Below are positions 1-9,649 of a stretch of 34,372 bases of DNA, piece after piece. The notes beneath the pieces were generated by a model that saw only the letters and a program-made list of their open reading frames with translations, had not been told where the DNA came from and ran no database searches. The position numbers and the translations under genes were made by a program. The DNA comes from Octopus sinensis. Taxonomy: Eukaryota. How positions within the stretch are numbered: position 1 is the stretch's first letter; the number at the start of each line of letters is the position of its first letter. The DNA lies in the NCBI RefSeq assembly GCF_006345805.1, contig NW_021831707.1, forward strand, positions 1-34,372, written 5' to 3'.

Positions 1-333
1 GTGCAGTCTGGACGTCTGTTATCCAGTTGCTGGGTGCTTTTCGCTGTGTAAGATATTTTCTGTGTATAGGAGGGATTGAAGTTTTATGAATAAATATCAA
101 TTATATGCAACTGAATTCTTCATGTTATGTAGTATAATAATCACACATTTTGTGGTGTCTCATGTAATTGTGTAAGGTGGTATATACATATAGGATAGGA
201 TAGAAGTAAGCGAGCGGCGCATGTACACAAATAGGTATTTAACCAATTGAACCTTGGCTTCATTGGGGGGCGTATTTTAAAATTTGTATTTTAAAAAGCT
301 TTGTTTGGGGTGTAATGAGGGCCAGAAGAAGGG

Positions 334-335
334 AG

Positions 336-371
<36 letters not shown>

Positions 372-404
372 CATGTACATACATACATATACACACACAC
401 ATAT
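334..404. repeat. Compound (CA)n/(TA)n/(CATA)n microsatellite
   Basis: Visible repeat; absent at the homologous position of copy B (gaagg|tattacataatt). Confidence 0.9.
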
Positions 405-950
405 GTATTACATAATTTGTGTTGGCAATTAAGAATAAAGTAGCTTCGTTCATTAAAACAGTTGCTGCATTGCATAACAGATAAGACTTCTGCGATGCAG
501 AGATCGCATTGTTGGCGTGAGTAATAAAAGTCCACTTTAAACTGTATACAGCTGAATTATGTTTTAGGTAATGAATGAGACTAGATATAAATATAGTATT
601 AGTTTACACTTGAGATTTAAAGCCAGAATAATGGTTACTAATTCTGGCTTTGAAGGTAGTGCTGCTCGAGGTGATATATGCATTCTTGGAATCTTCCGTA
701 GTGGCCATATACTTATGTACCATATTTCTCGTGAGGCATTTGTTTTGCAAGGGAGAGGAGTTTACAGTTACATAGTCTTCTAGGGGGTACTAAGTGGAGT
801 TTTTGGGTTATAATTACCTGAAATTAACCGGGCGTTATATTTAGTATTAGCCTCAGCGTTAGGATTGGTATTGTTTGTGGTGCAGTGGGAGTAGTCCGGG
901 GGATGGAGATTATCAATGAGCACTCTCAATTTGCGCATCTATTACACATA
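405..950 (-). mobile_element. Decayed Penelope-like element (PLE) fragment, GIY-YIG endonuclease region, copy A
   Basis: Minus-strand translation across stops and frameshifts gives CNCK..PLQNKCLTRNMV..ATTEDSKNAYI..STTFKARISNH..LKW..THA..CDLCIAE..NERS..CQHKL, the typical PLE endonuclease end. Homologous to 16945-17520. Confidence 0.8.
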
Positions 951-1099
951 AACATACAATGAACTACTTACAATGTAAGTTCCTAGTTTCAGCAGGAATG
1001 CCTCAAAAAAAAAAAAAAGTTTCCGAGATAACAGAATGTGTAACGAAATGTGTACAATGGAAAATGAAACGTCAATAAAACAAAATTATGCAGAATACA

Positions 1100-1130
1100 T
1101 TTAATTTTAAAGACTGAACTTTCTTTTAAT
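1100..1130 (-). terminator. Candidate polyadenylation signals (two ATTAAA) of CCP gene copy 1
   Basis: tttaat at 1100-1105 and 1125-1130 reads ATTAAA on the minus strand, ~220-245 nt after the stop. Both are conserved in copy 2 (~17667-17700). No transcript evidence. Confidence 0.4.
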
Positions 1131-1346
1131 TATAGAATTGTTTCCAGTTAGTTATGCAAATACCAAGAGAGAAAACACCCTAAGAAAGTTCTTGGAAATA
1201 AATTTAGGAATGTTTCTAATTACATCGTCATAGCTATGCAGATAAGATGTGGAATATGCTTCTTTAAATTTAACTCATATACACAGAAACAATAATTTGT
1301 GCATAAAGGGGACAGTTTCAAAGGGAGAGTAGTTTGATATTAGTAA

Positions 1347-2834
1347 TTATCGGTAATTTTCACACCTCAAAGTACAACAACTTGCATGGGTTTCCTTAAA
1401 AGGTATTTCCGATGTTGTAGTGTTAAAATTCACAACGACACACTTATGTCGGTAATTACAGTTTCTATAGTCACAAGTGTACTGGCGGTAACCAAAAAAT
1501 TTGCAATCAATGTTTGTTCCGCAAACATAGTAATCTGATGAAATATTCTTGTAAAGAAGATTGTTGTTACGATCAAGTCGAATATTTTTAAATGCACAGC
1601 CTGGTGTTGGGGTCAGTATACCTTTATGGCACATTACGCTCTCGTTCAATTTCTTCGAATTTGGGAATTCACAAGAATAAGTAATGTTCGTATTTTCTGG
1701 AACTGTACTGCCATACGGAAGATATTTCAAAGTTTTCGAATTTCGGTAGCTATATATGCCAAATTTTCGCAACAATTGACAGTTCTTTGCACACTGTGGA
1801 AGTTTTCCACTCCATGTTCCATTTTCTAAACAGGTTCTTTTTGAATCTCCCAACAATGTTTCTCCAACTGGACAACTATATTCAATAACCGAAAAATTAC
1901 GTGACAAAATAAAATTTAACCCATTTCGTTTCTCAATTTTACACGCGTTTCTGCACTGTATATCTGGATACCATTTACTTGACAAGCATTGAACGACACC
2001 AAACGCGACAGGAATGAAAGATCGTTTGCAAGAATATATGACTTTTCCTCCATCGTTGATTAAGGTTCTTGGTTTTAATATTGTACCTTCAGAAATAGTC
2101 ACCACTCTACCAGCAATTTCAGGTACAAAGCAATTCAAAGTACAAACAGGTGCCGGAAAGTTCCAGCTGCCGTCTGAAAGACAAGTTAATACAGATTCAC
2201 CTTTCAGACTATATGGCTTTAAGCAACTGAAATGAATTGTTTCGTTAACTTTAACTTCATTTGTATTGTTTACATTGCCATGTTTGGGTGGGTTCGGTGG
2301 GAGACATTTAACAATTTCACAGATTGGTGGGAGAGACGACCACTGTTTATTTTCTTGACAACGTATTGAATTGTTTCCTCGTAAAAAATAACCAGACAGG
2401 CAGGAAAAACGAATAACAGAGTTATATGAGTATGCAACATTTATCATGAAACTGCGTGCATGTTTATGAAAAATCGGGCAAGTTATTAACTTACATTTTT
2501 TATCTTCATACATCCATTTACCATTCGAACAAATAATATCGGCTGTATTCTCTACGCTTGCTTCAAAATAGCGGTTGCACTTTTGTTTCAGATGTATTTT
2601 TGCCTCTTCCCATTTCACAATATAATGTATCCGACTGTTCTTTAATGTCGGTAAAGGACCACAGTTTAGGATATTTATAATTTGTTCAAAAAACCACGGA
2701 GCATAGTTGTTTTCGGTTGAAGTCGAATTACTGTATTCAGATACGATCTTTTTCATAACATTTCCAAATGTATTATTTTCACTCTTCACTGTTAATATAA
2801 TTAAGAAAAGGAAATAAAATTTTCTGGATATCAT
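1347..2834 (-). CDS. Secreted multi-Sushi/CCP glycoprotein (495 aa), single exon, copy 1; Hig/LEV-9-like modules plus Cys-rich C-terminal domain
   Basis: Uninterrupted ORF with a hydrophobic N-terminus (MISRKFYFLFLIILTVKS). About six CCP modules (C58-C114 divergent, C119-C172, C177-C231, C235-C294, C298-C348, C352-C413) with F/Y-x-C and C..W..P-x-C motifs. About 10 N-glycosylation sequons, no TM segment, intact paralogue at 17917-19401. Confidence 0.93.
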   Translation of the reverse strand: MISRKFYFLFLIILTVKSENNTFGNVMKKIVSEYSNSTSTENNYAPWFFEQIINILNCGPLPTLKNSRIHYIVKWEEAKIHLKQKCNRYFEASVENTADIICSNGKWMYEDKKCKLITCPIFHKHARSFMINVAYSYNSVIRFSCLSGYFLRGNNSIRCQENKQWSSLPPICEIVKCLPPNPPKHGNVNNTNEVKVNETIHFSCLKPYSLKGESVLTCLSDGSWNFPAPVCTLNCFVPEIAGRVVTISEGTILKPRTLINDGGKVIYSCKRSFIPVAFGVVQCLSSKWYPDIQCRNACKIEKRNGLNFILSRNFSVIEYSCPVGETLLGDSKRTCLENGTWSGKLPQCAKNCQLLRKFGIYSYRNSKTLKYLPYGSTVPENTNITYSCEFPNSKKLNESVMCHKGILTPTPGCAFKNIRLDRNNNLLYKNISSDYYVCGTNIDCKFFGYRQYTCDYRNCNYRHKCVVVNFNTTTSEIPFKETHASCCTLRCENYR

Positions 2835-2927
2835 TCTCTCAATTTTGTTGCTAAACTTGTTCGTGAAGATAAGGTCGCTGTGTTCACACTTGTTATTTCG
2901 TTGCCTTCAGTGACTGTTCAATGCACC

Positions 2928-2934
2928 TTTTATA
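2928..2934 (-). promoter_or_regulatory. TATA box (TATAAAA) of CCP gene copy 1
   Basis: TTATCTCGAGTATAAAAGG, 94 nt upstream of the ATG; identical in copy 2 while the adjacent sequence has diverged. Confidence 0.65.
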
Positions 2935-3189
2935 CTCGAGATAACACACCCAGGAGCGTATAAGTAGTACTGATAAAAACTTACTTATATTTACTTTTTT
3001 GAATTTGACACCGTTTTAATTGAATGAATAAGGATACTCCCATATACACCTCTTTTAGAGAGTACAGAATATTATGTCCAGACTAAATATCAAACTGAGT
3101 ACATTGCAAGCACAAATTACAAACTATGAAAAACGATAACATTATATTAAATAAATTTTATTGTTGATACTTTGTATAATTTCATATAC

Positions 3190-3234
<45 letters not shown>

Positions 3235-3382
3235 TACTGCATAGAATGCTGTATATGTGTGTATGTATGTATGTATGTATGTATGTATGTATGTATGTAT
3301 GTATGTATGTATGTATGTATGCATGCATGTATGTATGTATGTATGCCAAATGCATGCATATGTAGATAGAAAGATAGATAGA
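3190..3382. repeat. (TA)n, (TATG)n and (GATA)n microsatellite block
   Basis: Directly visible; a homologous, longer block lies upstream of copy 2. Confidence 0.95.
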
Positions 3383-4254
3383 TCGCTTGCATCATTACAA
3401 GTCAAGTTTTAATACAGTGCACACTTTTGTAATGTTCGTGTAGGCAATGTTTTCCTCCCACTCATTAATATTTCAATTGAAAACAAAGAAAAACTGACAA
3501 GCGTTACACAGTACATAAAACAGCAAAATTATTTGAAAGTACTTCACATACTCTGCATAAATTATAAAATTTAAAGAAATTACCTTTAATTGTAATTTTT
3601 GAGGCTGAAACTAACTGTTTCTATTTTCATAAGGAAAATACAAAAGAATCATGTTTCAGTGATTTGTGGGTCAGTTTTTTCCAATTTAGTGACAAAATAA
3701 TTTGTTGTCCTAAAAGCTGGTTCAACAAAATACGTGGTAGAAAAAGGCAGCTGTAAAATGGATATAAATTCCCACGTATTTGGATATTAAACGGGTATTT
3801 AAAAAAAAAAAATCTCCATAAATTTCGGTATCTACCACAACGAAGTTCCATTGGCTTTTTTTCGTATTTAAATTCTAAACTTTTTTTCCGGGTATAAGCA
3901 TCAACCTCGACAACATTTACATTAAAAAGATACCTTTTCCAGTCACATCTTCAAGTTCAAAATATCGCTAAATCGGTTTCCTGTATCTCATAAACGATTA
4001 TTGAACTTTTCAATCTCTTATGGAATTACACCTTGTTTAATGGATCACAATTTTGCGAACTGATGGAATTCCTTCTTCCCAATATTAGGCATAAAATATA
4101 AAGATTTTCGATGAACAATGACATTACATTTTATACAACTCATAAGATGTTGTATTGGCTCCTTGGAGCTAGAAACGAATTTCATTAAATCTCGTGAAAA
4201 TGCCCGTCAATTGTAAAGCATCAAGCTTTATTGGGAAGAAATCTCAAACGCCTT

Positions 4255-4456
4255 GTGGTTCATTTGGAGTAAAAGAAAATGCAGAAGGATCAGTTAATTA
4301 TGATTTTATTCAACATATTCCCCTCTCAGATTCGCACACTTATTGCAGTCACCTTTCAGGTTTTTTAAACCCTGTAAAAGAACTCGGAATACTGGGCCAT
4401 CAACCAGGCTTTCACAATATCCTTAAAGCCGGGAACTTTTCAGCACGCCCATCATA
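4255..4456 (-). mobile_element. Mariner-derived MITE
   Basis: Minus strand starts tatgatgggcgtgctgaaaagttcccggcttt (mariner-type TIR) and contains the transposase 3' end (CNKCANLRGEYVE*). The other TIR is degenerate. Confidence 0.7.
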
Positions 4457-4497
4457 GAGTACAACTTTATTAACATTAGAGTACAACTTTATTAACA
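4455..4497. repeat. 22-bp tandem duplication (tagagtacaactttattaaca x2)
   Basis: Exact 21-nt copies at 4455-4475 and 4477-4497, next to the MITE end. Confidence 0.85.
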
Positions 4498-4779
4498 ATA
4501 AGAATTATGGCTATAAATATAATCAAGTCGAATGTTTACAAATGACGGTGTTACGACAGCTCAGCAATTTACTAGATTGCTGGTGCACAGAAGTTCGTTG
4601 GCTGTTATAAAGGTGCATGTTTGTTTCGTTGCCTTAAATGTTTCGTTGAATTAAATGACAATATCGAAGGATGTTTTTCTAATTAATGTTTGATTCTATG
4701 GAAAATCAAAGATCAATAAAATACAGCCACTAAAGGGTATACTAAAAAAAAAAGGCACACATTCTTATGAAACTTTGTC

Positions 4780-5155
4780 GCTTGTTTCAGTCATTAGACT
4801 GCGTCGACTCCAGTACCTATATTTTCAAGCCTGGCGCTTATCCTATCGGCCTACACATCGCAGAACAGCGAAGTTTCGGAGAAGTAAACAAGCGAACATC
4901 AGCTATCAAACTGAGTGGGGAACTGTTACAAAGACGAAGACATACACACGCACTTACGCGACGCGCACGCACTCTCTCTCGCTCTCTCTCCCCCCCACAC
5001 ACACATCACGGGTTTCTACGAAATCCATTCACAAGACCCTGGCCGGCCTAGGCCTACAGTAGAAGACACTTGCCTAACGTGCCATGCAGTGGAACTGAGC
5101 CTACAGCTATATGGTTGGAAAGCAAACATCTTACCACTCAGTCACACCTGCACCT
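4780..5155 (-). mobile_element. tRNA-derived SINE, older diverged copy of the family at 15335-15737
   Basis: Reverse complement shows the head aggtgcaggtgtgactgagtggtaag, an internal microsatellite and the tail aatgactgaaacaag. Confidence 0.8.
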
Positions 5156-5224
5156 ACCATGACAGGAATGGCACAAGTCCGCCAACATAAGAATTTCAAT
5201 AGAGCTTAGATCTAACAAAACATA

Positions 5225-6425
5225 TATGAAGGTCGGTTGAAAAGTCCCCAGGCTAATCAAGATACTCTCATGGAATTTGACTAAATGAGGTTTATTTCAT
5301 TTCTTTCATCGGCGTTGTAGTGTTTGAATCTTATTATTGAAGAAGCTTTCATCCTGTGGGTCAAAAAATTATCAAGAGCAGATGTGACGTCATCGTCACT
5401 GCGATACTGTTTCCAGCCAAGTATTTTTATGATGTTGGGGACATGATAGTCAAGTGGTATCAAACCACTAGAATAGGGACGGTGATCAACCAGTTCACAG
5501 CCACTCTACTCACAGCAGCCATTGAAACCAATGACTTGTGTGCTGGGGCATTGCCCTGATAAAACAAAACCCCTTTCATCAGTTTTCATCGGCATTTAGT
5601 CTTGATTGCCTTTTGCAACTGCTTCAGATAGTTGGCATATTTCTCTCCACTGATGACGTGGCTTTTTTGAAGATAGTCAACGAACACAATGCCTTTTGCA
5701 ACCCAAAAGACTGAGGTCGTCACCTTCCCTGCAGATGAAACGACCGTGGTCCTCTTTAGAGAAGATGAGGATGGGTGTTTCCACAGCATGGATTGTTTCT
5801 TTGTCCCTGGCTCAAAGTGATGAAACCAACATTCATCCTGGCTAAGAAAACGTTCAAGGAAACCAGCTGAATCTGTCTGAAAGAGTGACAGATTTTTCTG
5901 TGATGTCGACAGCCTGGTGCGCTTTTGATCAGGTGTCAAAAGACATGGAGTCCACCGAGCAGATACCTTCGTCATGCCACATTCATTGTGTAGAATAACT
6001 CCCACGGTATACGCTTTTAGAATTGGTTATTTGATTGATAGTCAATCATATGCCATCCATCACCATGTGGTGAACATGACCAACGTTTTCTTCGGTGGTA
6101 GTAGTTGCAAGACGTAAAGACCTTGGGTGATCTTTAAAACCCTCCATTCCTCGCCTAAATTCACCTATCTGCTTTTGCACCGTTGATGAAGATGGAGCGT
6201 CATCCCTTAATATAGCAAGCATGGCAGCATGAATGTACCTGAGTGACTAAACACGTTTTCTGCTGGTACTTGATAACAGTGTTCTTTGATCTGTCAGATT
6301 TCAATTTACGTGTAAAGAAATAATGCAGATTTTAATAAGAATAACTGAAATTAATGCATGCAAGATTTCACAGTTATGGCATAGCTCATTTATAGTCAAC
6401 CTATGAGCTTTTTGCCCACTCTCTT
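5225..6425 (-). mobile_element. Decayed Tc1/mariner (DD34D-type) transposon
   Basis: ORF 5586-6005 has KVSARWTPCLL, SQDECWFHHFEP and VFW; next frame has FYQGNAPAH and RPYSSGLIPLDYH (degenerate HPPYSPDLAPSDY). Degenerate TIRs at ~5225-5258 and ~6392-6425; ~1.2 kb; contains stops and frameshifts. Confidence 0.88.
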
Positions 6426-7244
6426 GGGTCAACATTATTATATGTTACCGAGGTTTGCTCTGTTTTAAACGATAGCCCTATGTTTATGCACATGTCTCTA
6501 TCCTCTAATCTTCCAACGGTGTTCATTAGTGACTATTTATCAGCAATGATATAGATTGTTGCTACCACAAAAAGAAAAGAAAAAAGAAAAGAAAAAGAAA
6601 AAATTTAATTGTAAATTTACTTTTATAGAAAGTATATAATACTTACGGAGTTCAGTCACGAAAAGTTTGAAATATGGAACGGTATAGGACATCTTGGGAT
6701 GAAATCAATAATTTATTTCGTCATACATGAGCACAGACAAAATGTATCGCATGTTGGCATTGTACTTAGCCCTGGCTCTTTTGTACACGCTAATCCTTTC
6801 CCTTTGGTTGTAACCAGGAATTGCATACGGTGGATGATGAGGTGCTGTATGTGTCTTTCCAATTAATGGGTTGCACGTGCAAGGCCCATTCCTCATCACT
6901 CTCACCAGTCTGCTATAGGATATTGAACTTGGCGTTGTCTGCAATAGCTGCGTCTTGTGGACAAGGTGTTTAGAGGGCATGGGTTGGCATAACGGGAATG
7001 AAGGATCTGGGACCTTACTATTTTTAGTTGGCAGTTTGAAACCGGTAGTTCGAGCGCTTGCTAGGGTAGTCTATTGTTACTTTATTACTCTGGTGAATGG
7101 AGTTAGCTACTTCCTGGATGCTCTTCATAGTGCTAGATTCTAGTTGACCGACATTGCCGATTTGCAGCATAAATTCATAAACTTATGTATACATACATAC
7201 ACACAGACACATACACGCGCGCGCGCACGTACACACACACACAC

Positions 7245-7284
<40 letters not shown>

Positions 7285-7296
7285 ACACATATATAT

Positions 7297-8055
7297 ATCG
7301 ACCGCCACGCATCCTTTTCCAAGGAAGTTTCATCTTAATAATTACGATGCTCACTCTTCTATCTTTACTATCTCTTCTCTGTCTATCTTTCTCCCTCTCT
7401 TGTTCTTCATCCTTTCTGGTTTTCTCTCCCACCCTTCTTTATTCTTCTCCTCTCCTCTTCACCGTCCCCTCTCTCTCACTCCTCCTCCTCGACTCTCTCG
7501 TCGCTAACACGTGACGAAAGAGAATCTATCTTTTTGCCTACTACCTTTCGTAAAGACAAAACGTGCTTATACTGCCTCCTTCATAAGCTCGTCTTCCTAG
7601 CGTTCATAATAATTTTCTATCGTCTTGGCTTAACGTTTGTTTTTACTGTTTTGTTCTCACAGTCCTGTTCTTGTTACCACATTCACCCCCACGCAAAAAA
7701 TCCCAAATTTTATTTAATTGCTTTGCAGGAAGGACTGTTTCAACGAAGTCACGTATTGTCATTGCCTTCGAACGTGGAGTAGATGGAACAGGGACAACTG
7801 AAAAAGGGAATATTCTTATGTTGCATGTCTCGTGTCTCTGTCTTTTTCGTTGTTCGAAAAAAATGTTCGTTTCTATGTTTTTGTTTTCATGTTTTCGTTT
7901 CTAATTGTGTTCAACGTGTTTTGTGTCCTGTACCCATATATGCATGTATATAACATATATATATATATAAGTAGTACATATATGTATGTATAATGCATAT
8001 ATTTATATATTATTGATATTATTATATGATCGAACGCCACGCATCCTTTTCCAAG
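7297..8055. repeat. Segment bounded by a 27-bp direct repeat (probable retroelement terminal-repeat remnant)
   Basis: atcga(c/a)cgccacgcatccttttccaag at 7297-7323 and 8029-8055. Confidence 0.5.
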
Positions 8056-8056
8056 T

Positions 8057-8088
<32 letters not shown>

Positions 8089-8468
8089 CTAGCAGTATCG
8101 CCCGGCGTTGCTCAGGTTGTAAGGGAATAAACTATAAAGCATTTTTAGAGAGGTATAGCCAAAAAATAGCATAGCAAAAGAATGGAAAAAAAATTATGGT
8201 AAATTCTTTTTGAGAGTTAAAAAAGGTGGAGTTGCGGCCCCTAGACGGTCTGTGGTTTGGGCTTCTGTCTCGACCCCATGTCGAATTTATCGATTTTTTT
8301 CAGAACTGGGGGAACTTTTCAAAATTTTCGCTGCGTTAGTTTTGAATTATGACATTGGGCTATGTGTGTGTCAAGGTTTCATCAGAATCGGTTGAAAGCC
8401 GTGGTCAGAGTGAGGGTACGAGAAACAGACCACACAGAGAAAACGCACAGACAAAACTGCCGGTTTAT

Positions 8469-8480
<12 letters not shown>
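8089..8480 (-). mobile_element. Non-autonomous Helitron-like element
   Basis: Minus-strand 3' end has a GC hairpin (8101-8116) followed by CTAG (8089-8092), inserted in (TA)n; 5' end lost in a TA-rich tract. Confidence 0.6.
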
Positions 8481-8510
<30 letters not shown>

Positions 8511-8610
8511 ATATCCCTTCCTCCTGAGCGTCCAAAATACTATATTGTTCCACGTCCTCGCGTTGTTGTGTTTATTTTGTGTTTTCATGTTTGGATTAAC
8601 TATATATATA

Positions 8611-8644
8611 TATATATATATATACATATATAATAATAATAATG

Positions 8645-8675
<31 letters not shown>

Positions 8676-9182
8676 CAAACAACAGCAACAATAATAATAA
8701 TAAATGTAAATCCGAATTTCTGTGTGTCAGTGTGTCACACTTTGAGCCCCTCTCTCACTATTCAGTGACATTTCTACTATTCCGCGTGATGAGGTGAGAG
8801 TAATAGTAGGCATACAGACGGTAGTAGATTAATGGTTGTGATGGCAATAGGGTGATAATAATAGTATGAGCTGTAGTTGTGATAGAGGTGGAGGTGACAG
8901 CGCTGATGGTGGTCGCAGTGGTAGCCGAGGCGTTCAGGGATGACAGTGATAGTAAGTGATGTAAAAGACAGTGGTGATGGTGGTGGAGGGGAAGACGGCG
9001 AAGTCGAAGGTATTGATGGAGGTGGCGTCAGAAGTCTGAATTTGTGTGTGTGTGTGTGGCAGTTGTGGTGGCGATGGTGGTGGTACTGGTGATGGTGATT
9101 GCTGAAAACAACCAACAGAAAGCGAGAGAGAGATGGAGAGAGGGAGAGAGAGAGGAGAGAGAGAGGGAGAGAGATGAGAGAG

Positions 9183-9215
<33 letters not shown>
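8611..9215. repeat. Low-complexity stretch: (TA)n, (AAT)n/(AAC)n, (GGT)-rich, (GA)n
   Basis: Directly visible; source of spurious His/Pro/Glu-Arg ORFs. Confidence 0.85.
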
Positions 9216-9216
<1 letters not shown>

Positions 9217-9557
9217 AAGAGGTTAGACAGAAAAAAATTGTACTGACGCCTGAGTGGGAGGACAAAAAATGTTATTTATCGTGCAGCTTTGCAATAAGTT
9301 ACAAATCGACAAATTATATCATTATTTTGATGAAAATTGTTCATTGCTTGAAAAATATTAGTTAAGTCTAAAACAATTTAATATGTACTCAATGAATGAA
9401 ACTCAATAAAATCTATCTATTTGTTGGAGTCTAACAATTTATTGTGTTCTCTGAAATTTTGTTCTCTTTTTTATTAATCTTTATATTTCACCTTGCTCTA
9501 TCCACTAGTGCACTAATATGATGTTCTGTACTGGGAGTTATACTCCTTTCTATTTGA

Positions 9558-9639
<82 letters not shown>

Positions 9640-9649
9640 CACGCACACA

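Noticed and set aside
260-535. ORF with CDLC..CSNC..CQHKLC looking like a RING finger
   Set aside because: It is the CDLCIAE..NERS..CRHK end of a PLE GIY-YIG endonuclease fused to a microsatellite; upstream frames have stops.
1005-1018. A14 tract as a retrocopy poly(A) scar
   Set aside because: Wrong strand for a minus-strand gene and not conserved in copy 2.
1347-1385. CCTLRCN/CCTLRCE as Ly6/three-finger, insulin A-chain or alpha-conotoxin motif
   Set aside because: LU domains need CC-x4-CN and an N-terminal CxxC; insulin and conotoxin frameworks need a further downstream Cys. Spacing does not fit.
1626-2235. Plus-strand ORFs overlapping the CCP gene (also 18193-18396, 18976-19325)
   Set aside because: Short antisense shadow ORFs with no motifs; conservation follows from the sense gene.
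1347-2834. Viral complement-control protein or cephalotoxin identity
   Set aside because: No viral genes nearby, and none of the EGF/TSP1/LDLa modules of SE-cephalotoxin.
8700-9510. Possible second Helitron ending in ccactag
   Set aside because: No convincing subterminal hairpin or 5' TC end; mostly low complexity.
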